NCBI GenBank assembly: GCA_050633305.1
Contig: JBOEGF010000007.1
Coordinates: forward strand, 128,001 to 192,000
Origin: Nannocystales bacterium
GTDB lineage: Bacteria; Myxococcota_A; Polyangia; Nannocystales; Nannocystaceae
Reading direction: 5' to 3'
Length of the DNA stretch: 64,000 bases
The position numbers and the translations under genes are program-made. Each line of letters opens with the position of its first letter. Position 1 is the first letter of the stretch. Under the pieces are notes generated by a model. That model did no database searches. It was not told the origin of the DNA and saw nothing but the letters and a program-made list of their open reading frames with translations. This document shows, one piece after another, positions 19,201-29,043 of this stretch.

Positions 19201-20600
19201 GCACCTCCGACAGCGTCGAACCGGCGGTCGACGCAGTAGCCGATGTCGGCTCCCGTCGTCCCTTCATCACGAACGCAGTCGACGACCCACTCAGGTCGAC
19301 ACACCGGGTTCTCGCAGCTTCCGTCCTCATAGGCTTCGGCGAGGCACGCAATGCCGGTGCCCGCGTGGGTTCCGATGCACTCGGTTCCCGTGAGGTCGTG
19401 AATGTTCCGGCAGTCTGCGGACTCTGAGCACTTCGACGTCAGATTCTCCATCCCCGATGGGCGGAGGTCGGGGTGGGTCTCGCGAAGCTTGTCGAACAGC
19501 GGGACCCGGAACGTTTGAACCTCCAAGGGGCAGTCGGGCCCGGATGTCCCCGGTTGGCACCAGCCGTACTTCCACCGCTGCTCTTCGTCGCCGCGATCGA
19601 CCGAGGTCACGAAGCTCTGGCAGGAGGCGTAAGGGTCGATGAGGGTTCCCGCTTCGTCAGGCCCCGCGCAGGCGATCGCGTCCGCGTATGGGGCCCCGTT
19701 GGGCTGCGTCGTGTCGGGGTTGGGGCTGCGCGGACGCGGAGGGTCGGACGCGTCGAGGCCGTAGCGATCGATCTTGGTGGAGAGGATGAAGTTGCAGTAC
19801 GAACAGCACGTGTCCGGTCCCTCTTCGGGGGTTGTGCAGCTGTTGCTGTTCGCGGTCGTGATTCCGCGGGCAGCCTTGACTGTGCCGGACTCGAAGAGCT
19901 TCATCGGCTTGCCGGTCGCGGGGTTCACCGCGTTGCAAGGGTTCGTTGCGGGGTCTTCGTAGTCGAGGTGCGTGAACGTCCCGCCGTTGGCGGCGATGTT
20001 GTCGATGCACGACAGGTTCACCAACCGACTCATGGTGTCGGGGTCGTTCTGCCCTGGCCCGGGCTTGTAGTCGCCGTTGAAGCGCGTGATCGGACCCTGA
20101 ATCTGAAGGACGTCCGACTTCCAGTCATAGACCTCGAACAATTGGGGGTTGTCCGGACGTTTGCGGACGAGCTCGATGCTGGTGGGGTCGAGGAGGTTGT
20201 TGAAGATGAACTCGACCCCGGAGGACGTCACCAGGGGGGACAGCCGGCAGTACTCCTCCGCGTTCACCGACGCTTGGGCCTCGTCGGTTTCTTCGCACGG
20301 AATGACGTCTTCGATGAAGTACGACCCCTTGGAGATGGGGCCGGGGCATTGGTCGCCTTCGCAGTTTGGGTTGAGGATGTGGACCTTGTCGGCCGCGTAG
20401 TTGATGCCAACGATCGACTCGAGCAGCAGATTGTCCGGGTCGCAGATTCCGCAGTCTGTATCCTGGATACAGCCGCTCGTTCCGACGGCGAGAAGGGCGA
20501 GTCCGAGCAGGGCGAATCCGCGCCCTAGAGGTGTGCTCGCACACGGGTTGGGAGCAGCAGTTGCTCGTGGCGTATCGAATTCAGCCGTTTCGTTGCGCAT
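16260..20600 (-). CDS. Giant Cys-rich lipoprotein with thrombospondin type-3 repeats (paralog B)
   Basis: Start chosen at MRNETAEF; lipobox-like TSGC; colinear with paralog A from GCIQDTDCGICDPDNL to the C-terminus. Confidence 0.88.
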   Translation of the reverse strand: MRNETAEFDTPRATAAPNPCASTPLGRGFALLGLALLAVGTSGCIQDTDCGICDPDNLLLESIVGINYAADKVHILNPNCEGDQCPGPISKGSYFIEDVIPCEETDEAQASVNAEEYCRLSPLVTSSGVEFIFNNLLDPTSIELVRKRPDNPQLFEVYDWKSDVLQIQGPITRFNGDYKPGPGQNDPDTMSRLVNLSCIDNIAANGGTFTHLDYEDPATNPCNAVNPATGKPMKLFESGTVKAARGITTANSNSCTTPEEGPDTCCSYCNFILSTKIDRYGLDASDPPRPRSPNPDTTQPNGAPYADAIACAGPDEAGTLIDPYASCQSFVTSVDRGDEEQRWKYGWCQPGTSGPDCPLEVQTFRVPLFDKLRETHPDLRPSGMENLTSKCSESADCRNIHDLTGTECIGTHAGTGIACLAEAYEDGSCENPVCRPEWVVDCVRDEGTTGADIGYCVDRRFDAVGGAACLATTDAVEDENTYGAVGPQGAGLSDCSADGDGCGQRGAGSRLAFADWNENRNLTAEEACQGSLYGPLRAGEDGFACDPYYQSNLEPLPLFERDTNLPDQARRCICPDSGSLEFNRDALEADGCEQSVERGCYNPDGSLVEERAGRYAVKFASPAPGTRAGGVIYDPALKGFEWRPADLGGVPRADIESCAEGIQQLGARNRHDGWRARDTGLIETFDDFDTAMCSGQTYDIVFNEPGNEDNPAHIVDKADNTLAGKSVYTFETAQFHVVPGSGTPKDNLRIGACVDFSLRFSNKYDASPENLSKLQLYRVECVGEGIDRECEPAAPNPSCATGTPDAGACCDIMPVAGGPACAESNAELTALRAAGNACAAPCLEINVANQDIGQVAVQVDPTEFGRYLVERETYRMLAPMAGTLEQALEDPDVYSSVFWDACGMPLVSEMADPYFYDFRIDQPKCVEDQDRDGVPLSCDNDGDTRFSPNQDDLDFDRDGFGLNDLCPVVPGHADDTADSDRDGVGNECDTCRSTTTFYNTNAITAAVPDYLQIRNIPDQTDTDHDGIGDVCDNCVVTANCGDFGEEDPHEVGEALPESTDICQAARENSMVGEACEGMTVNAFAAGPVGFEDQDDFDQDGLPNIEDLCPRQPLSEALIACDSETEELDCGPNRPCSSAGFCNHLDTDNDDVGDRCDTCAFRPNPKQLLEGGSQEDDPDGDFVGDFCELGAAKGCGDRANARPFGFHRVSAGGSCCTTQLIEADEAAATASAEDGGTLAVGDLLLTGTCSDPADLTTCTPLTGIPFDDQGQFFEDAEGNPLLDLPVRTRANCTEEQEEALLCFSLPVELETTHGVLTPPPGCEAALADAEITALENLTQPLTDRDFAADNNPLDSLWRNMCFLPQVDQDYDGIADSCDKCRFAFDPLDRPYRDANGVLDPSFGAACNGGLRPDEVCELREDSDDGETDDPGDTDGMGGSTGSGTTGG

Positions 20601-20906
20601 GAATGGGGTCCCGGGCGCGGACCAAGCGCCCGTCCCTCCCCAACGCAGCCCTGGGGCGCCGCTGACACGAATCCATCCCAAACCTACCGAACCCGCCGGC
20701 CGGCCCGCGCCGCGGACCGCTGGCGCTGCACCCTTTGGGCCCGTCTTCCCGCGAGAGGAGCGAGTAAGACCCGACCGGGCTGGGGCTCTTGATCTGCGCC
20801 GCGTCAGCCCGCCAACCAACGGCCCGAAAGGGCCGGGCGACCGGGAGAGGGGCCCCCGACGGCTCCGCCGGCGGGGAGAGGGCGCGCGCAAGCGCCCTCT
20901 ATCCAG

Positions 20907-21686
20907 TTAAAACAAACACTCGATGAGCATGGCGGTGATGTTGTCTTCACCGCCCTCGGCGTTGGCGCGGTCGATCAAGTCGGCCACGATCTCTTCCGGG
21001 TCATCATGCGCGGCGACGACCTGGTGCATCTCATCATCGGTCAACATGCCGCACAGGCCGTCGGAGCACAGAAGGAAGCGATCCCGGTTCTTGATCTGGA
21101 ACCGGGTGACATCGACCTCGACCGTGTCGCGCATGCCCAGCGCCCGCGTGATCACGTTCTTGTGGGGGAAGTCGCGGATCTCTTCCTCGGTGAGGTCGGG
21201 GCGCGCGTCTTTCCAGTCTTCGAGGAGCGAGTGGTCTCGGGTGAGCGACACCATTTCGCCGTCACGAACCCGATACACCCGTGAGTCGCCGACGTGACCG
21301 ACGTAGCCGTCGTGGCCGTTGAGGTGAAAGACCACGACCGTGGTGCCCATGCCTCGCTGGCTGCGGTTGCGCTGAGACGCATAGTGGATGCGCTCGTTGG
21401 CCAGCCGTACCGAGGCGATCATGCGGTTTTCAGCGAACGACCGGGTGGGGTCGTAGCGGAAAGGCCACGTCGCGTTGGCATTGCGGCTGTGCCGATAAAA
21501 CTCGCCAACGACCTCAGTGGACATCTTGCTCGCGACGTCGCCGGAAGCATGACCGCCCATGCCGTCGGCAACCATGAAGAGACGGTCCTCTTCGATGAGC
21601 GCGAAATAGTCCTCATTGTGGGTCCGCTTGAGACCCACGTCGGTCCGCGCTGCGTACCGAATCCGCACCGGCGGAGAATATCCCAC
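20907..21686 (-). CDS. PP2C/PPM-type Ser/Thr protein phosphatase (Stp1/PrpC family)
   Basis: RTHNED, VADGMGGH, GMGTT, HVGDSR, LTRDHS, LLCSDGL, GGEDNIT. Confidence 0.95.
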   Translation of the reverse strand: MGYSPPVRIRYAARTDVGLKRTHNEDYFALIEEDRLFMVADGMGGHASGDVASKMSTEVVGEFYRHSRNANATWPFRYDPTRSFAENRMIASVRLANERIHYASQRNRSQRGMGTTVVVFHLNGHDGYVGHVGDSRVYRVRDGEMVSLTRDHSLLEDWKDARPDLTEEEIRDFPHKNVITRALGMRDTVEVDVTRFQIKNRDRFLLCSDGLCGMLTDDEMHQVVAAHDDPEEIVADLIDRANAEGGEDNITAMLIECLF

Positions 21687-21735
21687 ATTGGCATCGGCAA
21701 CCAGCCCCCGTGCCGGTGAAACCGCAGCCGACCTC

Positions 21736-22587
21736 TCATGCGGAGGCTGAAACCAGCAGTCGCTCCGCTCTCAGTGGCCGCGCCAGGTGAAACGCGAGTT
21801 TTCGGGGCCCAGCCCATTCGCGTTGTCCGGTGTCTCGAATCGACTCGAACCCATGCCTCCGCACGCGACGGGCAGCGTCTTGTGGGGTCATCGCACCTCG
21901 AAGCGGTTCGCCGAGCCAGGCAAACCCCTGGCGGACGATTGCTTCGAGTCGCGGTGCGGACCGGCCGACCAGCTTCGGTACTGCGTAGGTCATCAGCAGT
22001 CGACTCGAGGGCGCGCTGCGTCGGGCGATCGCCCGAAGAGTGATCTCGGTCGCCTCCAGCGGGAGGTATGGCGTGACGCCCTCCCAGATCCAAACCGTCG
22101 GCACCGAAGCGTCATGCCCATGTTCCTCGAGGGCATCGTTGACCGACATTTCGTCGAAGTCCACCGCCACGTGTTGCAGGGAGCGAGCGACCGAGGGCAG
22201 CCCTGCTGCGCGTGCTTGCTTGGAGGATGACGTGTCGGGGTGATCGACTTCAAAAACATCGACCTCCCGGAGACAGGGCAGCCGGTACGCGCGGCCGTCA
22301 AAACCTGCGCCCAGGATCACCATCGTGCGGGCCCCAGAGCGAACAGCGTCCTCGAGCTCGCGATCGATCGCGCGGGTCCGCAGATCCAGATGGTCGACGA
22401 GACCTGCGCTTGCGACTCGGGGTGCAAGACGAACCGAGCGTGCCCAAGCGGGGAGCGCCTGCCAGTGGGAGAGGGCGGGGCCCAAAGGGAAGGGAAGAAG
22501 CGCGGCCGCGGTGGCGTCAGGCGTGAGCGCGAGGCCGCGCGCGGTGGCGACGGCGACGGCGGTCAAGCTGACCCGCCCTGGCCTCAC
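21736..22587 (-). CDS. Class I SAM-dependent methyltransferase (LCM-like)
   Basis: RTRAID, VILGAGFDGRAYRL, VFEVDHP, WIWEGVTPYL; GTG start overlaps the nth stop (GTGA). Confidence 0.88.
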   Translation of the reverse strand: MRPGRVSLTAVAVATARGLALTPDATAAALLPFPLGPALSHWQALPAWARSVRLAPRVASAGLVDHLDLRTRAIDRELEDAVRSGARTMVILGAGFDGRAYRLPCLREVDVFEVDHPDTSSSKQARAAGLPSVARSLQHVAVDFDEMSVNDALEEHGHDASVPTVWIWEGVTPYLPLEATEITLRAIARRSAPSSRLLMTYAVPKLVGRSAPRLEAIVRQGFAWLGEPLRGAMTPQDAARRVRRHGFESIRDTGQREWAGPRKLAFHLARPLRAERLLVSASA

Positions 22588-23234
22588 TTCCGTCGCTCCT
22601 GCGCCATCCGCTTCTTGGTGGCGGCCCAGCCGCAGATCTGACACTCGCTGAGCTCATGCCCGCGCGCAGGGCAGAACTCGCGGCCAAAGAAGATGATCTG
22701 AAGGTGCCGGCGGTTCCATGTGTCCTCAGGGAACAGTCGCTTGAGATCGGCCTCAGTCTTTTCGACGGTGGTCCCTCCCGAGAGCTGCCAGCGCGCCGCC
22801 AGACGGTGAATGTGGGTGTCGACCGGAAATGCCGGGACACCGAAAGCTTGGGACATCACGACCGACGCGGTCTTGTGTCCGACGCCCGGTAGGGCTTCGA
22901 GGGCGTCCATGTCCGCGGGGATCACCCCGTCGTGTCGCTCGACCAGAAGCTGGCTGAGACGCTGGAGGTTCTTGGCCTTGGTGGGCGCGAGGCCGAGTTG
23001 ACGGATGCACTCGAGGATCGCGGGCACCGGCTGTTTCGCCATCGCCTCGGGGGTGCCGGCGAGCGTGAACAGTGCAGGCGTGACCTCGTTGACCTTCTTG
23101 TCCGTGGTTTGGGCCGACAACATGACCGCCACCAGCAGCGTGTACGGGTCGGTGTGGTCGAGCGGAATCGGTGGCTTGGGGTAGAGCCGCTCAAGGATCT
23201 CGCCGATCTTGTCGGCTCTTTCGGCGCGCCGCAT
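22584..23234 (-). CDS. nth: Endonuclease III (HhH-GPD DNA glycosylase)
   Basis: LLVAVMLSAQTTDKKVN, LPGVGHKTASVV, FPVDTHIHRL; start chosen at MRRAERADKI. Confidence 0.93.
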   Translation of the reverse strand: MRRAERADKIGEILERLYPKPPIPLDHTDPYTLLVAVMLSAQTTDKKVNEVTPALFTLAGTPEAMAKQPVPAILECIRQLGLAPTKAKNLQRLSQLLVERHDGVIPADMDALEALPGVGHKTASVVMSQAFGVPAFPVDTHIHRLAARWQLSGGTTVEKTEADLKRLFPEDTWNRRHLQIIFFGREFCPARGHELSECQICGWAATKKRMAQERRK

Positions 23235-23327
23235 CGCGCGGAGAGTAGCAAGCGTATGCGGACATGCGTGCAGTGTTCGTATTCGAAAGATCGCTCCAGG
23301 AGCTGGGCCGCGATATCCTCGTGGAAC

Positions 23328-25097
23328 GTGGACTGCGTACGCTGCGGCGCGGAGCTGCCAGATGGCGGGAACTTCTGCTCGAACTGCGGTGCGCCGCGCC
23401 CGGAGGACGTGCCCTCGGATGCGGTACGGACCCAACCGTGCCGTGACTGCGGCGAAGAGGTGGAGCTCGGGGCAGCCTTCTGCTGGAACTGTGGCGCTCG
23501 CTCGCCTCACGCTGCCCCGGCTGTCACGGGCAACACCGTCGTCCGGAAAGCGCCGCCGGATCCGAAGGGTCCCAACCCCGAGGAAGGATTCGAGTGGGAC
23601 GCCGACGGTCGGACGATGCGGCGTGGCAGCGGGTCTCCACCCCTCGTCCCTGCGGAGCCGACGGTGCCCAAATCGGTACGCAGCGGGTTGCCATCCGCAG
23701 TGCCTGATCAGGCGCCCGAATCTCCGCAGCCGCCCACTCCCCGGAGTGGTACGGAAGACGAGCCTGCGAAGAAACTGCCACGGCCCGTGGTCAGCATGAT
23801 CGCGGAAGAGCTTGGGGAGGAGGCTTCCGATGATCCCGCGGCGGCTCCAGCTCCGGGCCTCGCCGAGGATGGCTCCGAACCGCTCTCGCTCGAGCCCGAA
23901 GTCGATGCCGCGGTTGCGCAGGCCAAGAATGCGAGCGAGCCCGTCAATGTCTCGGAAGAGGTCGCGGAGCTGCAGTTCTTGATGCTTCGCGGATTCCATT
24001 CCGAAGCGGAGGAGGCCCACCGCCTGCTGCTCGCCGCGAACCCCGGTCACCCCGACTTGCTCGCGCTGGGGGAGGAACTCCAGGCGAGTCAGGCCAGGGC
24101 TGCAGCCGCGGATCCTCGGGCGGAGGTTTCTGAGGCACCTGCGAATCCTCCTGCGGCGGACCCCTCCGCGCCCAAGGCTCCACTGGCAGCGACCAAGGAC
24201 GCGGTTGCCAAAGAGAGTTCGCCCGACATCACCGTGGTGACGCGCGCGTCGGCCTCCTCGGCGCCCGGAGACGAAGGACACGTGCCGCCGATGGAGACGC
24301 CGACCAGTCCGACGTTCGTGGACGGGACCTCGCCCCCTGCGGGCGGGTTTGCGGCGACTCCCGCGGTGCCGGGGGCGGTGCAGCCGAAGGTGGCCCCACG
24401 GGTGGGACTTCAGCCTCCCGAGCGTCTGCACATGCCGTCCTCGGAGAGTCTGCCGACCAACCCTCGGATGACGCCGCCACCGGGCATCGATTCGACGGCC
24501 GTCTCCAAGCCGGCGGGTGTCCGCTTGGTGATGCTGGGAGGACGCGGCGAGGCCGTGTGGGAGCGTGTGCTTGGGGCAGGGGAGACGTTCGAGGTTGGGC
24601 GCGACCCTGCCAAACCTTGGGGCGACGACCCTCACATCGAACCCAGCCATGCTCGGCTCGTGGTCATCCCCGGGGGAGGGCTGCGGGTTGAGCCTGCCGG
24701 GCGCTCGGGCGTCTACCGCCAAGTCGACGAGCGGCTCTCCGTTCGCGACGGCGACGAGTTCCGCGTCGGCGAGTCGCTGCTGCGCTACAGCAGCAACGAG
24801 ACGGGTTGGGGGGCGGTCACGTTCTACCCGATGTCCGGAACCGCGTGCGAGACCATCCAGATCGGTGGGTCGGGCTTGGTCGTTGGGCGAGAGAATGCAG
24901 ACATCGAGCTGCCGGAGGACACCTTTGTCTCGGGTGCGCACTGCCGGTTCTCATGTCGCGATGAGGGACTCTTCATCGAAGACATGGGCAGTGCCAACGG
25001 CACGTACTCGAGGCTGCGTCCTTCGGAGGCGGTCCCCTACGGGTCGCTTCTGTTGCTCGGTCAGACCCAGTTCAAGGTCCGCCGCATCACGCAGTAG
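23328..25097 (+). CDS. Double zinc-ribbon / Pro-rich linker / FHA-domain protein
   Basis: Four CxxC pairs at the N-terminus; C-terminal FHA motifs (VGRE..DTFVSGAHC..DMGSANGT). Confidence 0.85.
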   Translation: MDCVRCGAELPDGGNFCSNCGAPRPEDVPSDAVRTQPCRDCGEEVELGAAFCWNCGARSPHAAPAVTGNTVVRKAPPDPKGPNPEEGFEWDADGRTMRRGSGSPPLVPAEPTVPKSVRSGLPSAVPDQAPESPQPPTPRSGTEDEPAKKLPRPVVSMIAEELGEEASDDPAAAPAPGLAEDGSEPLSLEPEVDAAVAQAKNASEPVNVSEEVAELQFLMLRGFHSEAEEAHRLLLAANPGHPDLLALGEELQASQARAAAADPRAEVSEAPANPPAADPSAPKAPLAATKDAVAKESSPDITVVTRASASSAPGDEGHVPPMETPTSPTFVDGTSPPAGGFAATPAVPGAVQPKVAPRVGLQPPERLHMPSSESLPTNPRMTPPPGIDSTAVSKPAGVRLVMLGGRGEAVWERVLGAGETFEVGRDPAKPWGDDPHIEPSHARLVVIPGGGLRVEPAGRSGVYRQVDERLSVRDGDEFRVGESLLRYSSNETGWGAVTFYPMSGTACETIQIGGSGLVVGRENADIELPEDTFVSGAHCRFSCRDEGLFIEDMGSANGTYSRLRPSEAVPYGSLLLLGQTQFKVRRITQ

Positions 25098-25156
25098 CCG
25101 AGCTCGGGTGCGGTTGGAGCGTGGCCTGCTCGCTGTCGTCACCACCGTCACCATCG

Positions 25157-26593
25157 TCACCACGGTGGCGCGGCGAGAAGCAACAACAGGCCAACGCCCG
25201 CACCCACGGCGAGGCTCGACTTGTCGGTCACCGCGAACACGACGGGGTCGTGGTCCAGCTCGCGGCGTTTGGCGAGAAACCAAAGTCGGCTGATCCAGTA
25301 AAGCAGCAAGGGGCACGTGAGCCACAGCAGCCACTTGTTGACGTAGAAGCCGGGCAGTCCGTTGTTGATGTACAGGGCGAAGACGAGCACCGCGAGGTAG
25401 CCCGACGTCGGGCCCACGCTGATGATCAGTTCCAGGTCTTCGACGCGGTAGCCGCGACCCTTGGCCTCGGTCTTCCCCTCGGCAGCGACGCGGTCCAACT
25501 CGACGTAGCGCTTGGCGAATGCCAGCGACGTGAAGAAGAAGATCGAGAACGCGAGCAGCCACTCGGAGACTCGAAGATCCGTGGCCACCCCACCGGCGAA
25601 GATTCGCAAGGTGTACAGGCTCGCCAAGATCATCACGTCGATGAGCATCTTGCTCTTGAGGACGGCGGAGTAGGCACTGTTCACCGCGAGGTAGAGCAGC
25701 AGCACACCGAGGTATCCGGAGGGCAAGAAGAGCAGAGACAAGGTGATCGCGACGGCGATGAGCGTCGCGACCATCGGGGGGCCGTACAGCAGGGGGAGGG
25801 CACCCGAGGCGAAGGGGCGGAACTTCTTCTTGGGGTGGACCCGGTCTGCCTCGACATCGAGCATGTCGTTGAAGAGGTAGACCGAGGACGCGGTGAGCGA
25901 GAACGCTGCGAACGCGACGAGGGCTGCGAACAGCTTGCTCGAGTCGTCGTAGGCATGGCCGAGCATCAAGGGAACCCACAGCAGCACGTTTTTGACGTAC
26001 TGGTGTGGCCGCATCGCCTTGATCGCCGCTTTGAGCAGACTCGGCTTCTTGCCGAACACTCGCGTGGCGTCGGGGACCTGTTGCTTGAGGGCGGCGCTGG
26101 GCGCCACGACGAATACCTCGTCGGCCTTCTTCCAGATCGGAAGGTCGGCCTGGGCATCGCCGACGTAGCCCCAGGTCTTGTGGCCGCTGTCTTTGCAAAC
26201 CCGTTCGATGGCGGCGAGCTTGTGCGCACCCTTGAGGTTGTTCTCGGCGTCGCTCGCCAAGACGTCATCGAACAGGTCGAGGTGTTCTGCGACGGCATCC
26301 GCCCACGGGCGTGCGCTGGCCGTCGCAAGGACCACGGTGTCGCCTTCGGCTCGGCGCTCCCGGACGAAGTCCAGAACGTCGTCGCGGTAGGGGAGCGCTT
26401 CGGGGTCGATGCTTACCCGCTTGGACAGTTCGTCCTTCAGCGTGGCTCGCCCACGCAGGAGCCAGCCCACGGCCAACAGCACCACCCAGGGCTGCGCCTT
26501 GGCGACCTTGAAGAAGGCTTCCCAAAGGACATCGGTCGACACCAAGGTGCCGTCCATGTCTACGAACAATGCGCGCTCCGCCTTGGAGGTCAT
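25157..26593 (-). CDS. HAD-like / UbiA-family prenyltransferase fusion (polyprenyl-phosphate phosphoribosyltransferase-like)
   Basis: [17 protein letters not shown] (HAD); [42 protein letters not shown]. Confidence 0.9.
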   Translation of the reverse strand: MTSKAERALFVDMDGTLVSTDVLWEAFFKVAKAQPWVVLLAVGWLLRGRATLKDELSKRVSIDPEALPYRDDVLDFVRERRAEGDTVVLATASARPWADAVAEHLDLFDDVLASDAENNLKGAHKLAAIERVCKDSGHKTWGYVGDAQADLPIWKKADEVFVVAPSAALKQQVPDATRVFGKKPSLLKAAIKAMRPHQYVKNVLLWVPLMLGHAYDDSSKLFAALVAFAAFSLTASSVYLFNDMLDVEADRVHPKKKFRPFASGALPLLYGPPMVATLIAVAITLSLLFLPSGYLGVLLLYLAVNSAYSAVLKSKMLIDVMILASLYTLRIFAGGVATDLRVSEWLLAFSIFFFTSLAFAKRYVELDRVAAEGKTEAKGRGYRVEDLELIISVGPTSGYLAVLVFALYINNGLPGFYVNKWLLWLTCPLLLYWISRLWFLAKRRELDHDPVVFAVTDKSSLAVGAGVGLLLLLAAPPW

Positions 26594-26658
26594 CGGAGCG
26601 GCGGACGCTAGCACGCCGTGGGCTCGACACCCGCCTTTGTGGCGCGCATGGTCTGGGT

Positions 26659-27354
26659 ATGTCGGGCCAGGAAGTGGTGGAAATCGTGGTGGATCAGCAC
26701 GAGCAGCACGGGGGCTCAAAGGGATTCCTCCATGTCGAGCGGTACAGGCTGCGCAATCGTCGCGGCGACGGCTCCACATCGGAGCAGTACATCTGCGACT
26801 TTCTGGGGCGCCGCAAGGGGCCTGACGCGGTGGTTGTGGCGCTGTATCACCGTGAGCCTGGGGGACGGGTGGTGGTGCTGCTCCGGGAAGGACTTCGTCC
26901 GGCGTTGTGGTTGGGTCGTCCGCCGGAGGAGCTCCCGCTGGCCGAGCCGCGGCGGATCTCACTGACGGAGGTTGTCGCGGGCATCATCGAGCGGACGGAC
27001 GTCGGGGAGGCCGGGATCCGAGCGAGGGCCGCCGCCGAGGCATACGAAGAGGCCGGGTTCCGCATCGACCCAGCCGCCGTTCAGTTCCTCGGCGCCGGGA
27101 CCTTTCCCAGCCCGGGATCGATGCCCGAGAAGTTCTGGCTCACCGCGGCGCAGGTCGAGGACCCCACGGCGGCCGAGGTGGCGCCCACTGATGGCTCGCC
27201 GATGGAAGAGGGCGCGCGCTGTCGGTGGATGCTGCTCCCCGAGGCGATCGAGGCATGCGTCCGGGGCGACATCGAGGACTGCAAGACGGAACTCGTCCTG
27301 CGCCGTTTGCAGGACGCGCTCGGGGCTCAGCCGCCCGGCAACGTGATCGGGTAG
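26659..27354 (+). CDS. Nudix hydrolase (ADP-sugar pyrophosphatase-like)
   Basis: EVVAGIIE...[11 protein letters not shown]udix-like box; FPSPG; IEDCKT. Confidence 0.8.
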   Translation: MSGQEVVEIVVDQHEQHGGSKGFLHVERYRLRNRRGDGSTSEQYICDFLGRRKGPDAVVVALYHREPGGRVVVLLREGLRPALWLGRPPEELPLAEPRRISLTEVVAGIIERTDVGEAGIRARAAAEAYEEAGFRIDPAAVQFLGAGTFPSPGSMPEKFWLTAAQVEDPTAAEVAPTDGSPMEEGARCRWMLLPEAIEACVRGDIEDCKTELVLRRLQDALGAQPPGNVIG

Positions 27355-28928
27355 CCCGAGAGTCCGATCTCGACCCGGTAGATGTTTCCGCCCTGGCCCG
27401 TGACGAACATGGCTTGATCGTTGGAGTCGCCGAACCCGTAGCCGAACTGGGCGTTCGCGCAACCGTTCCCAAGATCCCCGGCGCCGGCGATCTCAAACAC
27501 CTCGCCGTTCTGCCCCGACGCATCGAGTGCGATGCGGTCGATGCGACACGGCATGTTGCCCTGAATCCCGCCTTGGTCGACGACGTAGAGGTTGCCGCAC
27601 TCGTCCATCGTCATACCATCGGAGACGCCCTCCAGCTCGATGATGGGGATGGGTCCACCCGCCGTGCCGTCGGTGATGACCGCACCCCAGATCTGGCTCT
27701 GCGAGTAGTTCGCCCAGTAGAGCATCCCGCGTTGCTCGTCGAAGAACACACCGTTGGCGGTGTTGGCGTTGTTGCCGATGACTTCGACGACGGTCTGGGC
27801 GACCGGATCGATGCGGCTGATGCTGTCCCCGAAGTAGTCGGAGATCCAGATCTGGTCGTCGCTGTCGATGTGAATCGCATTCGGCAGCTCGAGGCCGGTG
27901 TCGAACTCGTTGTTGCTGCCGGCCATCGTGAACGACCACAGGTCCGTGCCGTTGAGGCCGACGGCGGCGTACAGCGTGCCCGCAGAGTCGAACCGGATCC
28001 CGAGGATGTCCTCGTCGTAGGGGAGCCCCACGAGCCAGTCGGTCGTGTTCCCCTCGCCGTCCATCTCGACCAGGGTCCCGCCATCGGCGAGGACGAAGGT
28101 GCCGTTGCCGGTCATGGCGAGGTCCTCGGGACCACCCGCGGTCAACGTCGCGATCTGCGTGATGTCGAACGGCCCCATCGGAAGGTTGTCGCAGCTGATC
28201 GGGTCTCCCGTTTCGGAGTCGGAGTCGGAGGTCTCTGTGCTGCCTTCGGTGTCACCGGTCGGGTTGGTGTCGGTGTTCGAGTCCGAGTCGGTCTCGCCCG
28301 TGGTGCTGTCGTCCGTGTCTGAGCCAAGCGTGTCTTCGCTGGTCCCTGTCGTCGCGGTCTCGGTGTCGCTGTCCGTGCCGTTGGTGGTGGTCCCCGAGTC
28401 CGCCGTGGTGTCGGTGCCAGTGGTGGTTGGGTCGACGGGACCGGAGCCGCCGTCGTCCAGCAGGCCGTAGAACATCGAGATGCGGGTGTCGGTCCCCGCG
28501 ATCAGATCGTTGGAAGGTTCGAGCCGGGTGATGGGGAGCGCCAACCATTGGCCCGCACCTGCGTCGAAGTCCTCCCGCCGGATCACGCCGACGGCTGCTC
28601 TGCTGGTGTCCGGGGGGAGCGGGGCGCGGTAGGTGACGGAGATGTTCACGTCCACGGAAATGTCGGGTGTGACCCGGTAGGCCTGCCCGTAGACGTTGGG
28701 CGGTCCGTTGGGCGGCCGCTCCGCCTCCGTGATGCAAACCTCGGTCGACTCGGAAAGTGAGCCGGGTCGGAAACTCAGGCCGAGAATGCCGTCTGCTGAG
28801 CTGACGATCCCACCCGACTCATCGATGGTCTCGCAGGATGAACTCGCGGACCCGCCGTTGTTGCAGGCCGCCGCCCCAACCGTGCTCACGAGTGCCGCCA
28901 GCGTGAGGGATTTGCGCCCGAAGTTCAT
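27327..28928 (-). CDS. Lipoprotein: ZU5-like beta domain, Thr/Asp linker, SMP-30/gluconolactonase-like beta-propeller
   Basis: Lipobox-like AAAC; propeller repeats [41 protein letters not shown]. Confidence 0.75.
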   Translation of the reverse strand: MNFGRKSLTLAALVSTVGAAACNNGGSASSSCETIDESGGIVSSADGILGLSFRPGSLSESTEVCITEAERPPNGPPNVYGQAYRVTPDISVDVNISVTYRAPLPPDTSRAAVGVIRREDFDAGAGQWLALPITRLEPSNDLIAGTDTRISMFYGLLDDGGSGPVDPTTTGTDTTADSGTTTNGTDSDTETATTGTSEDTLGSDTDDSTTGETDSDSNTDTNPTGDTEGSTETSDSDSETGDPISCDNLPMGPFDITQIATLTAGGPEDLAMTGNGTFVLADGGTLVEMDGEGNTTDWLVGLPYDEDILGIRFDSAGTLYAAVGLNGTDLWSFTMAGSNNEFDTGLELPNAIHIDSDDQIWISDYFGDSISRIDPVAQTVVEVIGNNANTANGVFFDEQRGMLYWANYSQSQIWGAVITDGTAGGPIPIIELEGVSDGMTMDECGNLYVVDQGGIQGNMPCRIDRIALDASGQNGEVFEIAGAGDLGNGCANAQFGYGFGDSNDQAMFVTGQGGNIYRVEIGLSGYPITLPGG

Positions 28929-29043
28929 GCCGAGAATGTACACAACCCGGGGGCCCCGTGCGATGACACAGCGGTCTTGTACACAGGTCTAGGGGGCTGT
29001 TTGGGAGTTCTCACGGCCCGGACGTGCTAGTTTCAGCCGCATC

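Noticed and set aside
23235..24941. Long N-terminal extension of nth in the 785-aa ORF
   Set aside because: Arg-rich shadow of the FHA gene; Nth homology begins at MRRAERADKI.
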